Positions 57,870 through 64,000 of a DNA stretch of 64,000 nucleotides are shown here, piece by piece (the stretch's first letter is position 1; each line of letters starts with the position of its first letter). Origin of the DNA: Candidatus Limnocylindria bacterium (GTDB taxonomy: Bacteria > Chloroflexota > Limnocylindria > P2-11E); NCBI GenBank assembly GCA_046262615.1, contig JBHEML010000004.1, positions 5,596 through 69,595 on the forward strand, read 5' to 3'. The position numbers were made by a program, and so were the translations under genes. The notes beneath the pieces are model-generated. The model had not been told where the DNA came from, ran no database searches, and saw nothing but the letters and a program-made list of their open reading frames with translations.

Positions 57870-58514
57870 TCAGCGGTCGAACCGGAAGCCGCGCAGCCAC
57901 GGCAGCTCAGCGCGGATCGTGGTCGGCCGGCCGTGGCCGGGATACACCGTCGTCTCAGGCGGCAGGGCCGCGACGCGTCGCAGGCTCGCCTCCATCTGAT
58001 CGGCGTCTCCGCCCGGCCGATCCACCCGGCCCACGTTCCCGGCGAACAGCACGTCCCCCGAGAACAGCAGGCCGTGCAGCGGCAGGTGGAAGCACGTCGA
58101 TCCCTCGGTGTGTCCGGGCGTGTGCAGCGCATGGAGCTGGGTGTCCGCGAGATACGGAAGAGCACCTTCCTCGATGAGGTCGTCGGCCACCGCGCGAACG
58201 GCCGCGGGGATGGCACCTGACGACCGGGTCGCGGCGAGCTCGAGCCGGTACGCGTCGGCGCGGTGGATCGCGAGCCGCGCCGCGGTCGCGCTCTTGACCG
58301 GCGCGTTGGCGAAGACGTGGTCGGGATGCCCATGTGTGTTCAGGATCTCGATGACCTTGACGCCCTGCTCCCGCACCGCCGCGAGCACCTCGCGCTCACC
58401 CATCGACGGATCGACGATGAGCGCCTCGTTCCGATCGTCGATGACGACGTACGCGCCGTTGTCGTACGGCGGGACACGAAAGGCGAGCACTTTCACCGTC
58501 GGAGCCTTGGTCAC
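57870..58514 (-). CDS. MBL-fold metallo-hydrolase (glyoxalase II-like)
   Basis: ILNTHGHPDH...HTPGHTEGS...GD.LF.G..GR.D. GTG start. Confidence 0.88.
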   Translation of the reverse strand: MTKAPTVKVLAFRVPPYDNGAYVVIDDRNEALIVDPSMGEREVLAAVREQGVKVIEILNTHGHPDHVFANAPVKSATAARLAIHRADAYRLELAATRSSGAIPAAVRAVADDLIEEGALPYLADTQLHALHTPGHTEGSTCFHLPLHGLLFSGDVLFAGNVGRVDRPGGDADQMEASLRRVAALPPETTVYPGHGRPTTIRAELPWLRGFRFDR

Positions 58515-58533
58515 AGCGTACTAACATCGCGCG

Positions 58534-60285
58534 ATGCGGGAGGCGGTCGAGAACACGGCACCGGCCGTCGGCGTCACGCTCGGTCGTCCGGCCATCCTGG
58601 CGAGCAAGCACATGGTCAGCTCGAGCCATTACCTGGCGTCGCTCGCGGGTCTGCGCATGTTCCCGCGTGGCGGTAGCGCCGTGGACGCGGGAGTCGCGGC
58701 CGGCGTCGCCCTTAACGTGATCGAGCGGCACCTCACAGACTTCGGCGGGGTCGCGCCGATCATGGTGTTCCGCCCGGGCATGACCGAGCCGGAGACGATC
58801 GACGGCCTCGGCCGCTGGCCGGCGAGTTGCGATCTCGCGACGTACCGCGCGCGGTTCGGCGACGAGATGCCGGTCGGCACCCCGCGTTCGGTCACGCCCG
58901 CGGCCGCGGATGCCTGGCTCACCGCGCTCGCGCGCCACGGGCGGCTGACGCTGGGGGAGGTGCTCGCGCCGTCGATCGAGCTCTGCGATGGCTTCCCCGT
59001 GTATCCGCGACTCGCTGCCGCGATCGCGCGCCTCGAGCACCAGCTGCGGGGCTGGCCATCCAGCGCGCGGGTGTTCCTCCCGCGAGGCCGCGCGCCCCGC
59101 GTCGGGGAGATCCTCGTACAGGAGGAGCTGGGAGGGCTGCTGCGGCGCCTCGCGGCGGTCGAGGCGGCGCACGCCGGACGCGGCCGCGGCGCGGCGATCA
59201 TGGCCGCGAGGGACGCGCTGTACCGCGGCGACATCGCCGGCGAGATCGCGGATTTCATGCGCGCACAGGGCAGCTGGCTGACGGCCGACGACCTCGCAGC
59301 ACAGCACGTGACGATCTCGCCGAGCGTGCGCACGACTTACCGCGGATTCGAGGTGCACGCCTGCGGCCCATGGAGCCAGGGACCGCTGGTGCCGATGACC
59401 CTGAACCTTCTCGAAGCTGACGATGTGGCTGGCTTCGGCCCGGGTTCCGTCCGGTTCCTGCACCGCTACACCGAGGCGATGAAGCTCGCGTGCGCCGACC
59501 GCGAGGCGTTCTTCGGCGACCCCGAGCAGGTCGACGTCCCGATCGCAGGACTGCTCGACAAGGGATACGCGGAGGAGCGTCGCGCGCTCATGCGGGACGA
59601 TCGTGCGTGGCCGGAGCTGCCACCGCCCGGAGATCCCTGGCGTTACGAGGGCAGGACCGGTGCGGCCGGGTTCCGTCCGCTCGCCGCTTCGGGAGTCGGC
59701 GCCCCCGACACCTCCTACGTGTGCGCGATGGACGCGGAAGGGAACGCGTTCTCGGCGACGCCCTCGGACCCGGGGCTTGGCGCCCCGCTCGTGCCCGGTC
59801 TCGGACTGATCGTCTCGACGCGGGGAGCGCAGCTGTGGACGACGCCGGGCCATCCCTCGGCGATCGCGCCGGGCAAGCGCCCGCGCCTGACGCCGAATCC
59901 CGCGCTGCTCATGCGCGATGGGCGCGCGTACATGCCCTTCGGCTGCCCGGGCGAGGACGCGCAATGCCAGGCGATGGTCCAGACCGTCTGCAACATCGTC
60001 GACTTTCGCATGGACGTTCAGCAGGCGATCGAAGCGCCCCGCGTGATCTCACGGAGCTTCCCCTGGTCGTTCCATCCCCACGCGTACGAGCCCGGCGTGC
60101 TGACGGTGGAGGACCGCATCCTCCCGGAGGTGCGCGAAGCGCTCGCCGCCCTGGGCCACCGCGTACGCACGCTGCCTTCGTTCACGCCGGCGGCGGCCGG
60201 CGTCTGCGCGATCCGCACGCTCGGCACGGGCGCGCTCGAGGGTGGCGCCGACCCGAGGCGGGAGAGCTATGCCGTCGGCTGGTGA
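58534..60285 (+). CDS. ggt: gamma-glutamyltransferase family protein
   Basis: GGSAVDA.VA....L.V.E. Autoprocessing nucleophile region APDTSYVCAMDAEGNAFS. C-terminus GGADPRRE..A.GW. Confidence 0.9.
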   Translation: MREAVENTAPAVGVTLGRPAILASKHMVSSSHYLASLAGLRMFPRGGSAVDAGVAAGVALNVIERHLTDFGGVAPIMVFRPGMTEPETIDGLGRWPASCDLATYRARFGDEMPVGTPRSVTPAAADAWLTALARHGRLTLGEVLAPSIELCDGFPVYPRLAAAIARLEHQLRGWPSSARVFLPRGRAPRVGEILVQEELGGLLRRLAAVEAAHAGRGRGAAIMAARDALYRGDIAGEIADFMRAQGSWLTADDLAAQHVTISPSVRTTYRGFEVHACGPWSQGPLVPMTLNLLEADDVAGFGPGSVRFLHRYTEAMKLACADREAFFGDPEQVDVPIAGLLDKGYAEERRALMRDDRAWPELPPPGDPWRYEGRTGAAGFRPLAASGVGAPDTSYVCAMDAEGNAFSATPSDPGLGAPLVPGLGLIVSTRGAQLWTTPGHPSAIAPGKRPRLTPNPALLMRDGRAYMPFGCPGEDAQCQAMVQTVCNIVDFRMDVQQAIEAPRVISRSFPWSFHPHAYEPGVLTVEDRILPEVREALAALGHRVRTLPSFTPAAAGVCAIRTLGTGALEGGADPRRESYAVGW

Positions 60286-61435
60286 GGACCCGCGCGTCGG
60301 CGCGTGGCGCGCGGAGTTCCCGATCACCGAGCAGTTGATCTATCTCAATAACTGCTCGCTCACCCCGCTGCCGCGCCGCGGCGAGGCGGCGCTCGCCGAG
60401 TACGCCAGGACGTGGTCCTCCCTCGGAGGCCGTGCCTGGTTCGATCACTGGGTCGGCGTCCTCGACGACCTGCGCGCGGATTTCGCCGGGGTCCTCGGTG
60501 CGGACGCCGGCGAGGTCGCGCTCGCTCCCGCAGCCTCGGCCGCGCTGGTCGGGGTCGCGTCCAGCTTCGACTACACAGGTCGCCCGAAGGTCGTGGTCTC
60601 GGACATGGACTTTCCCACCGACGGCCACACCTGGCTCGCGCTCGAGCGCGCCGGGGTCGAGGTCGAATTCGTCCGCAGCCCCGACCGAGTGCGCGTGCCG
60701 CTCGAGCTCTTCGAGCGGGCGGTGGACGATCGCACCGCGCTCGTGTGCACGGGACATGTGTACTACACGAGCGGTTGGATCCAGGACGTGAAGTCGCTCG
60801 CCGGCATCTGCCACCGGCGTGGCGCCGCACTCGTCGTCGACGCCTACCAGTCAATCGGTGCATTCCCGTTCGACGTTCACGACTCGGACGTGGACTTCCT
60901 CGTTGGAGGGACGCTGAAGTGGCTGATGGGTGGTCCAGGCATGGCCTTCCTGTATGCGCGAGCGGACCGCATCGCTGCCGCGCGGCCCACCGCCATCGGC
61001 TGGTGGGCGATGCGCGACCCGTTCACCTTCGACGTCGAGCACATCGACTACGCGCCGAGCGCCCGCCGGTTCGAGTACGGCACGCCCGCGGTCGCCGCGG
61101 CCTACACCGCGCGCGCCGGCATCGCGCTCCTGCGCGAGGTGGGGATCGACGTCGTGCGCGAGCGCCACAGAGCGCTCTCCCAGATCCTTGTCGAGGGGGC
61201 GCTCGAGCAGGGCTGGACCGTGCGCTGCCCGCGCGACGCGGAGGAGCGCACGCCGATCGTCACGCTCGAGCACTCCGACCCGCCCGCGGCGGTAGCGGCG
61301 CTGCGCGAGCGCGGGTGCATCGCGGACTACAGGCCGGGACTCGTCCGGCTCTCACCGCACTACTTCAACACGCCGGACGAGATGCGCCGCACGCTCGACC
61401 TGCTCGCCGGGATCCGCGAGGCCGTGCCCGCCTGA
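60269..61435 (+). CDS. class V aminotransferase-fold PLP-dependent enzyme
   Basis: IYLNNCSLTPLP...DFLVGGTLKWLMGGPG (PLP-Lys region). ATG 60269 preferred; the track starts at 60242. Confidence 0.8.
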   Translation: MPSAGEDPRVGAWRAEFPITEQLIYLNNCSLTPLPRRGEAALAEYARTWSSLGGRAWFDHWVGVLDDLRADFAGVLGADAGEVALAPAASAALVGVASSFDYTGRPKVVVSDMDFPTDGHTWLALERAGVEVEFVRSPDRVRVPLELFERAVDDRTALVCTGHVYYTSGWIQDVKSLAGICHRRGAALVVDAYQSIGAFPFDVHDSDVDFLVGGTLKWLMGGPGMAFLYARADRIAAARPTAIGWWAMRDPFTFDVEHIDYAPSARRFEYGTPAVAAAYTARAGIALLREVGIDVVRERHRALSQILVEGALEQGWTVRCPRDAEERTPIVTLEHSDPPAAVAALRERGCIADYRPGLVRLSPHYFNTPDEMRRTLDLLAGIREAVPA

Positions 61436-61451
61436 GGTCCGACGGCTCCGG

Positions 61452-61793
61452 TCAGCCCGCGCGGATCGCGGCCACCGCGGCGATGATGTCTCCGCCCGGG
61501 TCGGAGCCCTCGGAAAGCCCCGCTGCCACGCGCTCGCCCTCGATGACGTGGGCGCGCAGGCGCGCCGCGGGCACCAGCGGGTCGGCGAGGTTGCTCGCGT
61601 CGTTGTCGACGCCGTGCCGCTCGGCGATGAGACGCCGGACCTCTGCCCAATGGACGATGGCATCGCGATCCGGCTCGGGTAGCCGCGCGTACACCGCGAG
61701 GTCCACCAGGGCGGCGCGGTATGGCTCGAGCCGCTTGCGCTCGGTGCCCCGCGGGTGTTGCGCGGCCAGCGCGAGCTCGCGTTCGCCGATCAC
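61452..61793 (-). CDS. hypothetical protein (113 aa)
   Basis: High GC3. It fills an otherwise empty 414-bp gap and is convergent with the aminotransferase gene. No family recognised. Confidence 0.5.
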   Translation of the reverse strand: MIGERELALAAQHPRGTERKRLEPYRAALVDLAVYARLPEPDRDAIVHWAEVRRLIAERHGVDNDASNLADPLVPAARLRAHVIEGERVAAGLSEGSDPGGDIIAAVAAIRAG

Positions 61794-61849
61794 GCCGGTT
61801 CGTCCGGCTGCGCCGTCGTCACGATGACCCCGATGCTACGGTCGGATAG

Positions 61850-62884
61850 GTGGATCTCGTCGAACGCGCGCGCACCGAAGGCACCCCGCTGATCGACGGG
61901 GACCGCGCGACCTTCGTATGGGAGGGAGAAGGAGCACCGGTGCTCCTCGCAAGCTTTGCCGGGTGGGACCCGTCGCGCGGCGTGCGCCTCGAGCCGGCCG
62001 GGCCGGGCGTGTGGTCGCACATGGCGACGCTCCCGTCCGACGCGTACGTCGAGTACGCGTACGTCCGGGGGAGCGAGCGCGTCCGCGACCCGTTCAACGA
62101 CGCGCTCGTCCGCGGTGGCGTCGGGCCGCCCAATCACTTCTTCCGCATGCCCGAGAGCCGCCCATCCCCGTACACCGCGTGGCGCCGCGGGACGCCGCAC
62201 GGCGAGCTGACGCGTCACGAGATCGATCGCGGCCAGGGGCGGCGGCGGGCGGTCCACGTGTACCGGCCGCCTGCGACGGGTCCGTTCCCGCTGCTGGTCG
62301 TCCTCGATGGGCAGGATTACCTCCGCCGCGTGCGGCTCCCCACGATCGTGGACAACCTCGTCGCCGCGCGTCGGATGCGGCCGGTGGCCCTCGCGATGAT
62401 CGAGAACGCGCGCCGGGGACGCACGGCCGAATACGCGAGCAACGACTTCATGCTGCTTCCGCTGCTCGACACCGTGCTCCCGTTCGCGCGAGAGGTCCTG
62501 GCTCTCGACGAGCGTCCGGGCGCGCACGGCGTCATCGGAAGCTCGCTGGGCGGGCTCTTCGCGCTCTACGCCGGCCTGCGCGCTCCCGACATCTTCGGCC
62601 ACGTCCTCGCGCAGTCCGGCACCTACGCCATGGCCGGACGTGATTTCGTGGTACACGACCTGGTGCGGCACGGCCCCGTTCGGCAGCTGAAGGTGTGGCT
62701 CGACTGCGGGACGATGGAGCGCCTCATCGAAGGCAACCGCCGCATGTGCGCGCTGCTGCGCGAGCGTGGCTACGTGATGGAATACCGGGAGTTCAACGGC
62801 GGCCACAACTGGACGTCGTGGCGCGATGACGTGTGGCGCGGGCTCGAGTGGCTCTTCCCGCCGGCCGGGGAGGGCGGGGCGTGA
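61850..62884 (+). CDS. esterase-family alpha/beta hydrolase with N-terminal E-set/CBM48-like domain (enterochelin-esterase-like)
   Basis: ATFVWEG......SFAGWD...W......YVEYAYV. Then PLLVVLDGQDY...GSSLGGLFALYAG...F.GGHNW. Confidence 0.82.
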   Translation: MDLVERARTEGTPLIDGDRATFVWEGEGAPVLLASFAGWDPSRGVRLEPAGPGVWSHMATLPSDAYVEYAYVRGSERVRDPFNDALVRGGVGPPNHFFRMPESRPSPYTAWRRGTPHGELTRHEIDRGQGRRRAVHVYRPPATGPFPLLVVLDGQDYLRRVRLPTIVDNLVAARRMRPVALAMIENARRGRTAEYASNDFMLLPLLDTVLPFAREVLALDERPGAHGVIGSSLGGLFALYAGLRAPDIFGHVLAQSGTYAMAGRDFVVHDLVRHGPVRQLKVWLDCGTMERLIEGNRRMCALLRERGYVMEYREFNGGHNWTSWRDDVWRGLEWLFPPAGEGGA

Positions 62885-63408
62885 GGCTCACCGGCGCGAG
62901 CGCGCTCGACGGGGTGCGCGCCGGAGCCTCCCTCCAGGCCATCGTCGACCGCCATTCGATGGACGACATCGTCGCGGCCGTGCGCGACGCCAAGGCCGGC
63001 ATCCGATACGGCCTCGCCGCCGTCGACGACGTCGGGCTGCGACGGACCGCGGGCCTCGACCCGTGGTCGCTGGCCGAGGTCCTCGGGCACGCGCTCGGGT
63101 TCGATGAAGCGGCGCATGGCATCGCGCGCTCCCTGGCGCTCGGCCACGTTCCGGACGCAGGTCCGCCCTACGACGCGCCCGGACCCGCGGACGCGACCCG
63201 CGCGACGCTTATGGAGCGGCTTGCGGCGGCGGAGGCGCGCTTGGAAGAAACGCGCGTGCTGATGGCCGGCGGTCCGCGCCTGGCGCACCGGGACGTCGGT
63301 GAACTCGACGCCCGCGGCTGGGTCCTCTTCATCGGCGTCCACGACGCGCTGCATCTGCACCAGGCCGCTGCGATCGTGCGCACGAAGCCGCGGATGCCGC
63401 GAGCGTGA
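62881..63408 (+). CDS. DinB-family (DinB_2-like) four-helix-bundle protein
   Basis: GTGA overlap start. W.LAEVLGHA...F.GVHDALHLHQ (His triad pattern). Confidence 0.7.
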   Translation: MRLTGASALDGVRAGASLQAIVDRHSMDDIVAAVRDAKAGIRYGLAAVDDVGLRRTAGLDPWSLAEVLGHALGFDEAAHGIARSLALGHVPDAGPPYDAPGPADATRATLMERLAAAEARLEETRVLMAGGPRLAHRDVGELDARGWVLFIGVHDALHLHQAAAIVRTKPRMPRA

Positions 63409-63425
63409 GCGCGGACGGCGGGACG

Positions 63426-64000
63426 ATGGAGGACTCGCGCGCCGAGCGCGACATCCTCCTGCTCACGAAGACAGTCGCGGCGAACGAGTTCCCGGTCGAG
63501 CGGCCCGGGGTGCTCGGCGTGGACCGGGAGACTGGACGGCTCGTCCGGCTCATGCCGTTCCCGTGGAAGAACACCGACACCGACCCTCCGCTGCTGCGGT
63601 GGTCGTGGATCCACGCGCGCACCCAGCCGGCGGAGCGCGACCCCCGGCCCGAGTCGCTGAACGTCGATGGCGCGGTCGGCGCGACGGCGTACGTCGACGC
63701 CAAGGACGCGTGGCGCCTGCGGTGGCCATTCGTGCGCCCGCACATCTCGAGCTCCGTCGAGCAGCTCCAGGTACGCGCGCGCGCTGGCGAGGCGACGGCC
63801 GCGTTCGTCCGGCCGACGGCCGACGGCGATGTGATGCAGCTGCCGCTGCGGCTGCGCTTCCGGTGCGCGAGCGACGAGTGCGCGGCGCACCACGAGCTGC
63901 CCGTTCTCGACTGGGAGCTGAACGAGATGAGCCGCGCGACGCGCGAGCGTTACGGGCCGCAGTGGGCCACGCGCTTCCGGGAGACATGGGGCGCGCGGCT
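63426..64000 (+). CDS. hypothetical protein, 5' part only (open to window end)
   Basis: Not in the ORF track because it has no stop. Hand translation: MEDSRAERDILLLTKTVAANEFPVERPGVLGVDRETGRLVRLMPFPW...FRCASDECAAHHELPVLDWELNEM... High GC3. Alternative start at GTG 63405 (GTGA overlap with the DinB gene). Confidence 0.6.
   Translation, partial: MEDSRAERDILLLTKTVAANEFPVERPGVLGVDRETGRLVRLMPFPWKNTDTDPPLLRWSWIHARTQPAERDPRPESLNVDGAVGATAYVDAKDAWRLRWPFVRPHISSSVEQLQVRARAGEATAAFVRPTADGDVMQLPLRLRFRCASDECAAHHELPVLDWELNEMSRATRERYGPQWATRFRETWGAR

Overview
This is a high-GC (~70%) bacterial chromosomal core region, densely packed and mostly + strand. Many gene junctions are 4-nt stop/start overlaps. Gene order: distal spc/alpha ribosomal-protein cluster (S8, L6, L18, S5, L30, L15, secY, adk, map, infA, L36, S13, S11, S4, rpoA, L17), truA-rplM-rpsI, a cdaA-cdaR-glmM-glmS-acpS-nnrD-alr block, galU, an RpfB/YabE-like wall hydrolase with rsmA-ispE, tRNA-Gln, glmU, cdd, recO-glyQS, ppdK, dgt-dnaG-rpoD, then mixed metabolic genes (glcD/glcF-like, add, tungsten-type AOR, pcp, fabI, ggt and others). 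Synteny (rpfB-like-ksgA-ispE, dgt-dnaG-sigA, cdaA-cdaR-glmM) suggests a Terrabacteria lineage (Actinomycetota/Chloroflexota-like); I cannot name the taxon. No prophage, IS element, CRISPR array or recognisable defence island is visible. The main finding is a tRNA-Asn(GUU) gene (45770-46043) split in its anticodon by an ORF-less 202-nt group I intron (45804-46005), for which a complete P1-P9 model can be drawn by eye. The model includes a U.G 5' splice site, a terminal G, GAAA tetraloops and CCUAAG-type receptors. Secondary observations: an ~80-bp tandem duplication between infA and rpmJ; several genes whose conserved N-termini are reachable only from CTG (CTGA overlaps) or have no canonical start; a B3/EcoRII-N-like small protein pair; and a Cys-to-Ser pyroglutamyl-peptidase homologue. 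The many long antisense ORFs in the track are GC-driven shadows.
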